64,000 bases of DNA from an uncultured Gammaproteobacteria bacterium (GTDB lineage: Bacteria > Patescibacteriota > Microgenomatia > UBA10105 > UBA927), in assembly GCA_964361785.1 (NCBI GenBank), contig CAYIBX010000001.1, forward strand, positions 5,857 through 69,856. Direction: 5' to 3'. The notes beneath the pieces are model-generated. The model was not told where the DNA came from. It ran no database searches and worked only from the letters and a program-made list of their open reading frames with translations. Below are positions 51,567-61,105 of the stretch, piece by piece (within the stretch, counting starts at the first letter, position 1; every line of letters begins with the position of its first letter). The position numbers were made by a program, and so were the translations under genes.

Positions 51567-52782
51567 ATCTATCATCAATAAACGTTCACATGTGTTGATT
51601 GCTACATTTTCACCATGGAAAAATGGTGTGCGTCTGCCTATTAACGGAAATTTGGAGCCGATGCGTGATTACTTTGTGCCGAGAGTGGAAAAGGTAGTGG
51701 TTATTGATCAAGTGTATCCTGGGAGTGATTTTGTATTGCCTAGAGTAGAAGTGTATAAATATGGAAAGTTTGTTTCATTTCTGAAGTCGTCATTTATACT
51801 AACAATTCTTTCTCCTTTATTGTGGTTTTCAAATACGTCGGGAACTCACATCGTGTTTAAGATGAGAGATTATCTTTCCGTTATTGTTGAAGGATTGAGA
51901 ACAAAGAAGCTGTTTGATCTTTTTATCGGGTTTGAAGCGATCAATGCGCTTGCAGGAGTGTTTCTACGACGTTTAGGAAGAGTGAAAAAAGTGGTGTATT
52001 ATGTGTCGGATTATTCACCGAAGCGATATACATTCAATTGGTTTAATGCTCTTTATCTGTGGTTAGATAGGAAAGCATGCATGCAATCTGATGTCATTTG
52101 GGATGTGTCTAAGGCCATGATGCCTGCACGTATACATGCAGGACTAGATTCCAAAAAAACAGCGCCAGTAATTCATGTACCAAATGCATTGTATCCCGCT
52201 CAAATAGACGCGCTTCCGATTGGGAGTATTAAAAAAAATACTCTTGTTTTTTTGGGAACACTAGGATATGAAAATGGACCAGATATTGCAGTGCAAGCGA
52301 CCGCGATAGTTGCAAAAAAAATACCAGATATACAATTACATATTATCGGTGGGAACGAAGCGAATGAAGCGAAGCTTAAGGGTTTAGCAGGAGAGTTGCA
52401 TATTAGAAAGAATGTCATATTTCATGGGTTTATCGCAAATAGAGAAAAAATTTCTAACATTGCTCGTACGTTTCAGGTAGCGCTTGCGCCTTACAAGGAT
52501 ATAGAAGGATCAGCAAGAAAGTATGGTGACGCGACTAAAATACGCGCTTACACCGCAGTGGGATTACCAGTAATTACAACCAGCGTCCCACCCCTTGGCA
52601 AAGACATACAGAAAGCGGGTGCAGGATTGATTGTTAAAGACACGCCTGACGCGTTTGCACAAGCTATTATCAAGATAATAACTACGCCAAAACTTTATCA
52701 ATCTCTGCGTACGGGTTCTATTCATTTCGCGAAAGAAAATACGTGGGATAATGAGTACCAAAAGGCGATTGAGGCCTCATAA
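51547..52782 (+). CDS. Family 4 glycosyltransferase
   Basis: Start at internal 'MLKKNAKS'. GT-B C-terminal domain 'VFLGTLGYENGPDIAVQA...IIGGNEANEAKLKG'. Confidence 0.6.
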   Translation: MLKKNAKSIINKRSHVLIATFSPWKNGVRLPINGNLEPMRDYFVPRVEKVVVIDQVYPGSDFVLPRVEVYKYGKFVSFLKSSFILTILSPLLWFSNTSGTHIVFKMRDYLSVIVEGLRTKKLFDLFIGFEAINALAGVFLRRLGRVKKVVYYVSDYSPKRYTFNWFNALYLWLDRKACMQSDVIWDVSKAMMPARIHAGLDSKKTAPVIHVPNALYPAQIDALPIGSIKKNTLVFLGTLGYENGPDIAVQATAIVAKKIPDIQLHIIGGNEANEAKLKGLAGELHIRKNVIFHGFIANREKISNIARTFQVALAPYKDIEGSARKYGDATKIRAYTAVGLPVITTSVPPLGKDIQKAGAGLIVKDTPDAFAQAIIKIITTPKLYQSLRTGSIHFAKENTWDNEYQKAIEAS

Positions 52783-52793
52783 TTCGAGGGTAG

Positions 52794-53552
52794 CTATTTT
52801 CGTTCAAAAATTGCAACAATCATGTTGCCATAAGTAAACTCGTATGCAATTTCGATTTTGCAGAGAAATGTAGCTAACCAAGAGAATGGAGCCGCAAAGG
52901 AGATTGTATTAAATGTACGAAAAGTAACGAGACGGAAACCACCTTCCCTAAACACCCTCGTTAAATTCTCTTTTGAGTATTTTGCTAAGTGTTGGTGGCC
53001 CTGAAATTTGGGAACAAGGGTCGTTGTGTCAAGAAGTGCTTCCAGGAGCACCCAGGCACTTCGATAATTCGGAGTAATAATACAAACCTTCCCGTTTTTA
53101 CTGATGAGTGCACGAATATTTTTTGCAACTTTTAATGCATCTTTTTCCGGAATATGCTCGATAACATCTACAGCAACTATAAAGTCAAATGGGGCATGAC
53201 GTTTTACCTTTGTGAGATCGCGTATATCAGATTGAACGAGTACTACATTATTTTTTTTGCCGCGTTTGAGTTTATTCTTTAAAAATTTTAGTGGTTCATC
53301 ATTGTAGTCAACGCCGACAATCTTTCTTACTTTTGCGGTGTACCGAAGTTCAAAATTTCCTGAACCCGTACCCAGATCTAGTACGGACGAATGTTTAGTA
53401 AACTTCAGAAGGGTATCTAACACCGTTAATTTATTTTTGTGCCAGTTAGCTTGAAGAAAGTTCTTACTTCGAATTGCCAGATATTGATAATCAGGCGGTA
53501 TACCTAATTTTTTTTCTATAATTACGTGGTCATCGTGTGTATGGTTATGCAT
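52794..53552 (-). CDS. Class I SAM-dependent methyltransferase
   Basis: 'VLDLGTGSGNFELRY' and 'VAVDVIEHI'. Convergent with the upstream + strand operon across an 11-nt gap. Confidence 0.7.
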   Translation of the reverse strand: MHNHTHDDHVIIEKKLGIPPDYQYLAIRSKNFLQANWHKNKLTVLDTLLKFTKHSSVLDLGTGSGNFELRYTAKVRKIVGVDYNDEPLKFLKNKLKRGKKNNVVLVQSDIRDLTKVKRHAPFDFIVAVDVIEHIPEKDALKVAKNIRALISKNGKVCIITPNYRSAWVLLEALLDTTTLVPKFQGHQHLAKYSKENLTRVFREGGFRLVTFRTFNTISFAAPFSWLATFLCKIEIAYEFTYGNMIVAIFERK

Positions 53553-53614
53553 ATATGAGTAGGATTACGCAAGTGTGTATTCGGATTGAGATAGCAAAAC
53601 TTTGTGTAGTTTTG

Positions 53615-54583
53615 TCATATAATGACCGAAGATTTCAATTGTGATTGTGCCCAGTAGTGTGTTTGTGTCAAGCCCTTGGTAAACGATGTGGAGGGTTTGA
53701 AAGAAAAGTCTGTGAAAGCCTTTTTCATATCAGCCTCCATAAAGCGTTGTTCGCCGGGACGCTGATCTTTATAGACGACAGGATACGTATCGGGATTTTT
53801 TCCTGCTGCTTGTATCACTGCTCTCACCATATCTTTGACACTTATTTGTTTACCATTTCCGAGATTGTATACTTGTTGAAATACGTTGGGTTTGTCGATA
53901 GCGAGTGTCCATGCTTTGATGACATTATCTATATAGATAAAATCCCGTGTTTGTAAACCATCTCCATATATAGTAACGGGCTCATTTCGAAGCACATTGC
54001 CGATAAATATGGCGAGCGCCCCTTGGTAGGAATTAGTCAGACTTTGTCTTGGGCCATAGACATTGAACATGCGAAAAGAGGTGACGTTGAATGGTTTTTT
54101 TAGGTCGGTGCGGGCCGCTGTCGCGTGGACGAAGCGCTCCGCGGCATATTTTGAGATTCCATAGTAGGAAACTGGCTTGCAGGAGTGAGTTTCTGATACA
54201 GGGAGCGAGTCTGGATGACCGTAGGCTGTCATGGAGGAAGCGTAGAGAAATCGTGTGACGTTTGCGGCAAGGGCTGCGAGCACCACGTTGACTGTCCCTT
54301 TGAAATTGACATCGATGTCAAAATGCGGATCGGAAAAAGAATTAATATTGGATGCTTGTCCTGCGATATGAAAAATGATGTCTGGTTTCACTTTTTGTAC
54401 GATAGAAAGTATCTTATCTTTGTTTCGTACGTCTTCGATATAGAGTGGTATATTTTTTGGAACAAATGTTTTATTTCCAGTGGCTAGATTGTCTACTACA
54501 TGAACGTTGTATGTCTTTGACAATTTGTCTACAAGGTGAGAACCGATAAATCCTGCACCGCCAGTTATTAATGCTTTTTGCAT
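53615..54583 (-). CDS. NAD-dependent epimerase/dehydratase (UDP-hexose 4-epimerase-like SDR)
   Basis: Start at the internal ATG giving 'MQKALITGGAGFIGSHLVDKL'. The ORF's 63-codon N-terminal extension is rejected. 'YGISKYAAE' present. Confidence 0.7.
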   Translation of the reverse strand: MQKALITGGAGFIGSHLVDKLSKTYNVHVVDNLATGNKTFVPKNIPLYIEDVRNKDKILSIVQKVKPDIIFHIAGQASNINSFSDPHFDIDVNFKGTVNVVLAALAANVTRFLYASSMTAYGHPDSLPVSETHSCKPVSYYGISKYAAERFVHATAARTDLKKPFNVTSFRMFNVYGPRQSLTNSYQGALAIFIGNVLRNEPVTIYGDGLQTRDFIYIDNVIKAWTLAIDKPNVFQQVYNLGNGKQISVKDMVRAVIQAAGKNPDTYPVVYKDQRPGEQRFMEADMKKAFTDFSFKPSTSFTKGLTQTHYWAQSQLKSSVII

Positions 54584-54692
54584 GATGTTAACTGTATCAC
54601 AAAAAATATTATTTTTGTACTCTGATTTGCTATAATCGTCAGATATCACAAGAACTACGAGAAGCAATAATGCAGAAGTCAAAAAAAGAGAA

Positions 54693-55541
54693 TTGATGAT
54701 GCAACAAATTCCAGTGGACAAATTTATAGAGAAATATCGAGTGGACAATCCAGACGTGATTGAAACGCTCAAAAAATTTCCGGTACTAAGTTACTTATTG
54801 GGTTCAGTATCAGAAAAGACATTTGAAAATAATAGAACTGTCACAGAAGGGTCGGCAATGTTTGGGCTGACAAATCCTCAAGATGCAATGCGATGGAAGG
54901 GAATATTTACTCATATCACCGGAGCTTCAAGGCATGTCTATTTTTTGAGTGATAAAATAGCGCATGCGACACCTACGCAAAAACAAAAATTACTTGCATG
55001 AGGGTATACCCAAACATCATTAACATCTCTTGATCCTGATCTTCTTCGTGATCATAAACTTGTCGATCATGCGGGACGAAGACAAATGGATGAATTAGGA
55101 TGGCATGATGTGCGCGACGCTGCACATCCGTCAACGTATTCTTCAGAAAATACGCTGGCATTATTAGAGCGAAATGGGGCTGATCCATATTTTCTTCACC
55201 ATATGAAGGAAGAAGATCACGCGTATCTTTTCTCTCGAGGAAAAAGTGGTCGATTGAAAGATATACAGTTTGCAGTACTCACCTATGGTGATTGGACATT
55301 TGATCAAAAATCCGTGAGCCTCCATGATCGGTTTGTAGGTTTGCGATCACGAAATCGTGCTGACAGGGCAACGCTTGATAGGCTAGAGCATCTAGGGCAA
55401 ACTTTTGAATCGGATTTACAGCATGTGTTTGGCGATTCAATTATCCATGAAATGATGGAATTAAAGCCGTTTGCATGGGAAGAAAAAATGAAAAATGCAT
55501 ATGCTTCAAGTGCAGGATTGCCAGTTTCAATTTTTGTTTAA
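54693..55541 (+). pseudogene. Hypothetical (HD-domain-like?) gene interrupted by an in-frame TGA at 54999-55001
   Basis: ORFs 54693..55001 and 55086..55541 are in the same frame, separated by a single TGA. Local GC is visibly higher than the surroundings. Confidence 0.45.
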
Positions 55542-55786
55542 TGCTTTGCGAGTGTAGCGAGTGTTGCCGCAACGGATGGGTTATTGATAGTCTGTAATGT
55601 CACCCTGTCACCAAATCGTTTTTGAAGAGGAGTTAAAAATTCATCTGCCCATGAAGGAGTCAGCACCACGACGCCCTCAAAATCTATGCATATTTTATCA
55701 AATCTATGCAAATCTATGCAATAGTAGATTTGGAATATTCGAATAAATCTGATTAAAAACCTTATGATACAATGCCTGTATGGCAA
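55538..55786 (-). pseudogene. Degraded DUF4325 (STAS-like)-domain gene remnant
   Basis: The C-terminal 45 aa 'IDFEGVVVLTPSWADEFLTPLQKRFGDRVTLQTINNPSVAATLATLAK' fit the DUF4325 consensus. The N-terminal 35 codons are read across the 11-mer repeats and are implausible. Confidence 0.4.
55677..55731. repeat. Three direct copies of (a)aatctatgca plus an inverted partial copy
   Basis: Read directly: tcaaaatctatgca ...tcaaatctatgca aatctatgca atagtagattt. Confidence 0.7.
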
Positions 55787-55830
55787 AAAAGATGGTAAGT
55801 GTGGTCACTGAGGGGGCTGGGTTTATGGGG
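55757..55830 (+). repeat. Left ~74-bp direct repeat: ghost copy of the UXS promoter/5' end, flanking the TA cassette
   Basis: 'ccttatgatacaatgcctgtatggcaaaaaagatggtaagtgtggtcactgagggggctgggtttatgggga' is about 85% identical to 56511-56584 and encodes a 19-aa stub, MAKKMVSVVTEGAGFMGIK*. Confidence 0.7.
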
Positions 55831-55864
55831 ATAAAATAGTGATATACTTAAAGAGGATAGTTAT

Positions 55865-56155
55865 ATGGTAAATAATACGATTGATCAGATAAAGGTTAAA
55901 GCAGTACCTATTCTTATGAGAGCGGGCGTGACTCGCTCTTCTATTTATGGTTCATATGTACGAGGCGAGCAAAAGCAAGAGAGTGATATTGATTTACTTG
56001 TTGATGTACCGCGAGGAACGAGTCTATTTGATTTAGCGGATTTACAAATAAAGCTTGAAGAGGCGCTTGGTAAAAATGTTGATCTTGTTACCTATGCATC
56101 AGTACATCATCTTTTGAAAGATCGAATTATGGCTGAACAAATAGGCATATTATGA
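55865..56155 (+). CDS. Nucleotidyltransferase-domain antitoxin (MNT/MntA-like)
   Basis: 'GSYVRGEQKQESDIDLLVD' matches the GSx9-13DxD motif. 96 aa. Overlaps the partner gene by 4 nt. Confidence 0.8.
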   Translation: MVNNTIDQIKVKAVPILMRAGVTRSSIYGSYVRGEQKQESDIDLLVDVPRGTSLFDLADLQIKLEEALGKNVDLVTYASVHHLLKDRIMAEQIGIL

Positions 56156-56490
56156 ACAAAGATTACTTTGTTTTTCTCAATCATATAGTGGAAAGTATTA
56201 CTGTTATTGAAGAGTATATACGTAATTGTTCGGAAGAAGAGTTCATGCGATCCCAAGAGAAACAGGACGCGGTGATTCGCAGACTGGAAATCATAGGAGA
56301 AGCAGTCAAAAATATTCCTCAGGAATATCGAGATCAGCATGTGGAAGTTGCCTGGAACAAAGCTATGGGAACGCGAAATATTCTCATTCATCACTACTTC
56401 GGTATTGATATCACAGTCGTGTGGGATACGGTGATAAAAAGTTTGCCTGAATTTAAAAATCAAATTCTTCAATTGCTGAATGAAAAGTAA
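56152..56490 (+). CDS. HepT/DUF86 HEPN-domain toxin
   Basis: 112 aa. The Rx4-6H motif is 'RNILIHHY'. Confidence 0.75.
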   Translation: MNKDYFVFLNHIVESITVIEEYIRNCSEEEFMRSQEKQDAVIRRLEIIGEAVKNIPQEYRDQHVEVAWNKAMGTRNILIHHYFGIDITVVWDTVIKSLPEFKNQILQLLNEK

Positions 56491-56510
56491 TTATAGGAAT
56501 TTTATATATA

Positions 56511-56584
56511 ATCCTTTGATATAATACGCCTATGGCAGGAAAAATGGTAAGTGTAGTCACAGGTGGGGCTGGGTTTATAGGGAG
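56511..56584 (+). repeat. Right ~74-bp direct repeat (authentic UXS promoter/5' end)
   Basis: 'cctttgatataatacgcctatggcaggaaaaatggtaagtgtagtcacaggtggggctgggtttataggga'. Confidence 0.7.
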
Positions 56585-57530
56585 TAATTTAGTGAATAAA
56601 CTCCTTGACTTTGGGCATACGGTCATAGCTGTCGATAATTTAATTACTGGTAGAGTTGAAAACCTCACCGAGGCAATACGTAACTCTCAATTTTCTTTTA
56701 TTCAGGCAGATGTTATAAAAGGCTTGCCGGAGATTTCCGATGTCACGCATGTGTGGCATTTGGCTTCCCCCGCATCGGTTGAAGGGTATCAAAACAATCC
56801 TGAAGAAACAGCGCTGGTCAATTCGGTGGGGACTAGAAATGCGCTTATCTTTGCTAAAGAGCACAATACTCGGCTTATTTATACCTCAACCAGTGAAGTA
56901 TATGGAGACCCAAAACAACATCCGCAAAAGGAAACGTACTGGGGGAATGTGAATCCTAATGGCGTGCGAAGTTGCTACGACGAAAGCAAACGATACGGCG
57001 AAATGATGACCCTGCTTTATCATACAAAACATGGCGTAGACACAAGAATTGCGCGGATATTTAATACGTATGGTCCGAATATGAAAGCGAACGATGGACG
57101 CGTGGTATCTAACTTTATCAATCAAGCGCTTGTTCATAAACCACTGACTGTCTATGGCGACGGACTACAGACGAGATCTTTTTGCTATGTGTCGGATCAG
57201 GTGGCCGGCCTTATTTCTTTGATGGAAAAAGAGAAGGCAAACGGGGAGGTCGTTAATATAGGAAATCCTGAGGAGTATACGGTGATTGATTTAGCCAAAA
57301 AGATTATTTTTCTTACCAATAGTACGTCAGAGATTGTCTATTCGAAACTTCCATCAGACGATCCGGTGAAAAGATGCCCTGATATTACCAAAGCCAAAGA
57401 ATTATTAGATTGGGAGCCTGTCGTTTCTGTTGACGAAGGATTGAAGAAAACTATTGTCTACTATAGACAACAGTTAACACCCGCCTGCAAACGCCTGAGC
57501 GTAGCGATGGCGGGCAGGGTTAACAGTTAA
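56532..57530 (+). CDS. uxs: UDP-glucuronate decarboxylase (UDP-xylose synthase)
   Basis: 'VVTGGAGFIGSNLV...TSTSEVYGDPKQHPQKETYWGNVNPNGVRSCYDESKRYGE...RIARIFNTYGPNM' is the UXS/ArnA-C signature. Confidence 0.85.
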   Translation: MAGKMVSVVTGGAGFIGSNLVNKLLDFGHTVIAVDNLITGRVENLTEAIRNSQFSFIQADVIKGLPEISDVTHVWHLASPASVEGYQNNPEETALVNSVGTRNALIFAKEHNTRLIYTSTSEVYGDPKQHPQKETYWGNVNPNGVRSCYDESKRYGEMMTLLYHTKHGVDTRIARIFNTYGPNMKANDGRVVSNFINQALVHKPLTVYGDGLQTRSFCYVSDQVAGLISLMEKEKANGEVVNIGNPEEYTVIDLAKKIIFLTNSTSEIVYSKLPSDDPVKRCPDITKAKELLDWEPVVSVDEGLKKTIVYYRQQLTPACKRLSVAMAGRVNS

Positions 57531-57770
57531 CAGTTTACTTTTTATGAAAACTCAAGATATAAGTTTTTTTGTAGTTTTTGTCTTACTTTTGGTTAGTCGT
57601 AAGCCGATTTTGTTTGTGTGGTCAGGACTTCTTATGCTTTTTCTAGCTATCCCGTTGTTTGCGTTCCATATATTTTTTACGGCCGAAAGACTTACGTGGT
57701 ATGCGGCTGCGTTCTTTCTTTTCTTCATTCTATTTTCTTTTATACCCTCCCAGAAAGGCAAAATAACAGT

Positions 57771-58763
57771 ATGAAGTTCTTAGTCACTGGCGGCACCGGA
57801 TATATCGGAGGTGCGATGTCTCGGATGCTTGTTTTAAAGGGTCATGAAGTGGTCATCCTTGATACGCTTGAGTACGGGCATAAGCAGGCAATACCCAGTA
57901 CCGCACGACTTATAATCGGAAATGTAGGGGACAAAGATGTGGTATCAGAGATATTTTCTAAGAATTCTATTGATGGAGTGTTGCACTTTGCCGGGTACAC
58001 ATCGGTAGAAGAATCTGTGAAAAATCCAATTCGTTATATAAAGAATAATCTTATTTCACCCACTGTTCTTTTGGAGTGTATGAAAGATGCAGGATCACCG
58101 CCAATCATTTTTTCCTCTACCGCAGCTGTTTATGGTGTTCCAAACATAATTCCAATTCCTGAAACTCATACTATTTGGCCGTTATCGCCCTACGGATTAT
58201 CGAAATGGAATTTCGAGCAATTGCTTTCCGTGTATGAACGATCAGCCGGTATTCGGTCGGTGTCTTTGCGGTATTTTAATGCTTGTGGCGCGGCTATCGA
58301 TGGAACGAATGGCGAGTCGCATGAACCGGAGACGCATCTTATACCCCTTGCGTGTCAGACCGCACTTGGAATTCACAATACGTTTCATATGTTTGGCACG
58401 GATTATCCGACCACGGATGGCACTGCGGTGCGGGACTACATACATATTGATGATCTTTGTGAAGCACATCTTTTGGTCATGGATGCGCTATTAAACGGTC
58501 ACTCAAGCGACGTGTATAACGTGGGTACAGGTACAGGTGCTACGGTTTCTCACGTTGTTTCGTTGGTGAAAAAAATATCAGGCCGAGAGTTTCCTGTGAT
58601 TAACTCACCGAAACGAGCAGGGGATCCCGCCGAGCTTGTGGCAGATCCTACAAAGCTTATGAAAGAATTTGGGTGGGCGCCAAAACATTCAACACTCTCT
58701 GACATTATTTCTTCAGCATGGCGCTGGCATCAAGCACATCCGAAGGGATATGATGCAGTATGA
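57771..58763 (+). CDS. galE: UDP-glucose 4-epimerase
   Basis: Start at internal 'MKFLVTGGTGYIGGAM'. 'YFNACGA' motif. 330 aa. Confidence 0.85.
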   Translation: MKFLVTGGTGYIGGAMSRMLVLKGHEVVILDTLEYGHKQAIPSTARLIIGNVGDKDVVSEIFSKNSIDGVLHFAGYTSVEESVKNPIRYIKNNLISPTVLLECMKDAGSPPIIFSSTAAVYGVPNIIPIPETHTIWPLSPYGLSKWNFEQLLSVYERSAGIRSVSLRYFNACGAAIDGTNGESHEPETHLIPLACQTALGIHNTFHMFGTDYPTTDGTAVRDYIHIDDLCEAHLLVMDALLNGHSSDVYNVGTGTGATVSHVVSLVKKISGREFPVINSPKRAGDPAELVADPTKLMKEFGWAPKHSTLSDIISSAWRWHQAHPKGYDAV

Positions 58764-59344
58764 AAATAGGCATTGATATAAGTCAAATTGCGTTTGAACA
58801 CACAGGGGTCGCTCGATATATGGAGCGTATGGTGATTGAGCTTGTAGAAAAAAGCCCTTCGCATGAATTTATTCTTTTCGGATCATCGCTTCGTAAGTCT
58901 CACATCCTAAAGCAGTTTGCAGCAATCTTAAAGAACAAACATGCCAATGTTCGTTCAATGATTATTCATGTCCCGCCAATACTTCTTGACCTGTTGTGGA
59001 ATAGACTGCATATCATGCCTGTAGAGTGGATTATAGGGCGAGTTGATGTTTTTTGGAGCAGTGACTGGACGCAGCCGCCGCTTACCTATGCCAAAGGTGT
59101 CACGACGATTCACGATCTTTCCATATTTACGTATCCTAAAGATTCAAATCCTGAGCCTCACATCGATATAAAACAAGGCCAGTTTCGGGCAAATATCGTC
59201 GGTGTTCAGAGGCGACGGCTTCATTGGGTCGATCGAGAATGTGCACGGATTTTTTGCGATAGTATTGCTACCAAAAAAGATATCATGAAATTTCTTTCTA
59301 TTTCAGAACAGAAATTGCATGTTGTATATCCTGGGTATTTATAA
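58760..59344 (+). pseudogene. N-terminal-domain-only GT4 glycosyltransferase fragment, truncated tandem paralog of the next gene
   Basis: 'MKIGIDISQIAFEHTGVARYMERMV' is a GT4 N-terminus. It ends 'LHVVYPGYL*', the position matching 'RIVVVYPG' in 59354..60484. The entire C-terminal GT-B domain is missing. Confidence 0.5.
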
Positions 59345-59353
59345 TACACGCGT

Positions 59354-60484
59354 ATGATACTCTCAATTGATGGTTATGAAGCAAATAGTGGGAACAGAGT
59401 AGGGGTTGGGCGATTTGCCTATGAAATGCTCATTGGTATAGAACGAAAGCTCAAGCATGGGGATAGCCAATTTACCAAGGCGCGCGTGTATATGCCGGAT
59501 AAACCAACTGATGACCTGCCTTCTGCTTCTGCTGTATGGGAATATAGTGTGGGTAAACCCAAAAAGCTGTGGACTTTTATTGGTCTTCCATGGCTGTTGT
59601 ACCGCGATGCGCCGATTGCAGATGTCGTATTTTCTCCCACCCATTATATCCCCCGGTTTACAAATATTCCACGCGTGTGTGCCATTATGGACGTGTCGTA
59701 TCTTCATTATCCTGAGATGTTTGACACGTTGGATCTTTATCAATTGACCAAATGGACAGAGTATTCCGTTCGACATGCTAAAAAGGTGATTACGATCAGT
59801 GAATACTCCAAACATGCTATAATGGAAGCCTACAGCATAGCCTCGGAACGCATTGTAGTCGTGTATCCGGGGATGAGTATGAGTCTTTTGGAACAAAAGC
59901 CGCAGAAATCATCACACCTTACGCGTTTTGGTATACGCGCGCCGTATATTCTATCCGTTGGCACCTTGCAGCCGCGAAAAAACTTCGTGCGCCTTATCGA
60001 GGCTTTTTCTCTTTTGGAAGACAAGAATATAGCACTTGTTATCGTAGGCAAAAAGGGTTGGATGTATGAGGAGATTCTTGCAGCCCCCAGTGCGTATGAG
60101 GTAAAAGATCGGGTTAAAATATTGGATTTTGTGACTGATGACGATCTTTCGACTCTGTATACTCATGCGCAGTGTTTTGTCCTTCCGAGTTTATATGAAG
60201 GATTTGGGCTGCCGGTTCTTGAGGCTATGGCGCATGAATGTTCGATAGTGGTCAGTAATGTTTCTAGTGTGCCTGAGATTTCAGGGGACGCGGCTATCTA
60301 TGTGGATCCTTTGAGTGTGTCAAGTATTTGTGAGGGTATCACGAAAGCGCTTTTTGAACATGGGACGAGTCAAGAGAAAGAAAGACTTGCAATTGGAAAG
60401 AAACGAGTGTCGCTTTTTTCTTGGGATACGGCTGCAAAACAAGTAGTATCAATCTTAGAGGAAGTAGGGAAAAAATCGAAATAA
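59354..60484 (+). CDS. Family 4 glycosyltransferase
   Basis: 'EGFGLPVLEAMAHECSIVVSNVSSVPEI'. Confidence 0.8.
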   Translation: MILSIDGYEANSGNRVGVGRFAYEMLIGIERKLKHGDSQFTKARVYMPDKPTDDLPSASAVWEYSVGKPKKLWTFIGLPWLLYRDAPIADVVFSPTHYIPRFTNIPRVCAIMDVSYLHYPEMFDTLDLYQLTKWTEYSVRHAKKVITISEYSKHAIMEAYSIASERIVVVYPGMSMSLLEQKPQKSSHLTRFGIRAPYILSVGTLQPRKNFVRLIEAFSLLEDKNIALVIVGKKGWMYEEILAAPSAYEVKDRVKILDFVTDDDLSTLYTHAQCFVLPSLYEGFGLPVLEAMAHECSIVVSNVSSVPEISGDAAIYVDPLSVSSICEGITKALFEHGTSQEKERLAIGKKRVSLFSWDTAAKQVVSILEEVGKKSK

Positions 60485-60490
60485 CATACT

Positions 60491-61090
60491 ATGAGAGCAA
60501 TTATTGATTTTTGGGTCTATTTAGCAACGCTCACTGGGTTTATCCCAAGTCATACGATTCGATTGTTTTTGTATCGCTATGTTTTTCGCGTCGCAATTGG
60601 CAGTGATTCATCCATCCATTGGTTAGCCCGGTTTAATAATCCAGCTGGGATTTTTATCGGACATAACACGATCATTGGCAATGACGCATTTCTTGATGGG
60701 AGGCATAAACGGGTATGGAGAACGGGAGAAAATAAAACGTTTGGATACCTTCGATCGTTGTTTTCAAATGAGCAGAGGCCGCTTCAGATTGGAAATAATG
60801 TATCTATAGCCGGTGAAGTACGGATATTTACTATGGAACACGACATAGAAAGTGAAGAATTTACAGAAATTGGTGGTTTAGTTGTAATAGAGGATTATGT
60901 GGTAATTGGTACTCGAGTGACCATACTTCCCAGTGTTACCATAGGAAAAGGCGCAGTGATAGCAAGTGGGGCAGTAGTAACTAAAGATGTCCCCGCCTAC
61001 ACTGTGGTTGGTGGTGTACCTGCCAAATACATTAAAGATAGGACAAAAAATTTACATTACACGTTACAATTTGCAAGGTTGTTTCAATAA
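60491..61090 (+). CDS. Hexapeptide-repeat (left-handed beta-helix) sugar O-acetyltransferase
   Basis: '[13 protein letters not shown]...[41 protein letters not shown]'. Confidence 0.8.
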   Translation: MRAIIDFWVYLATLTGFIPSHTIRLFLYRYVFRVAIGSDSSIHWLARFNNPAGIFIGHNTIIGNDAFLDGRHKRVWRTGENKTFGYLRSLFSNEQRPLQIGNNVSIAGEVRIFTMEHDIESEEFTEIGGLVVIEDYVVIGTRVTILPSVTIGKGAVIASGAVVTKDVPAYTVVGGVPAKYIKDRTKNLHYTLQFARLFQ

Positions 61091-61105
61091 CTCTTCCCTC
61101 TATAT

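Noticed and set aside
55677-55731. CRISPR array
   Set aside because: Only three 10-11-nt copies with 0-9-nt spacing. There are no 25-40-nt repeats with unique spacers anywhere in the window.
55951-55975. 12-nt match (cgaggcgagcaa) between the MNT gene and the GC-rich module at 48969-48980
   Set aside because: The single short match encodes the conserved 'RGEQ' part of the MNT motif. Without the second 14-mer it is most likely coincidence.
57544-57774. 76-aa hydrophobic ORF between uxs and galE
   Set aside because: It overlaps the galE start. It could be a tiny membrane protein, but there is no support beyond hydrophobicity, so it was left out of the features.
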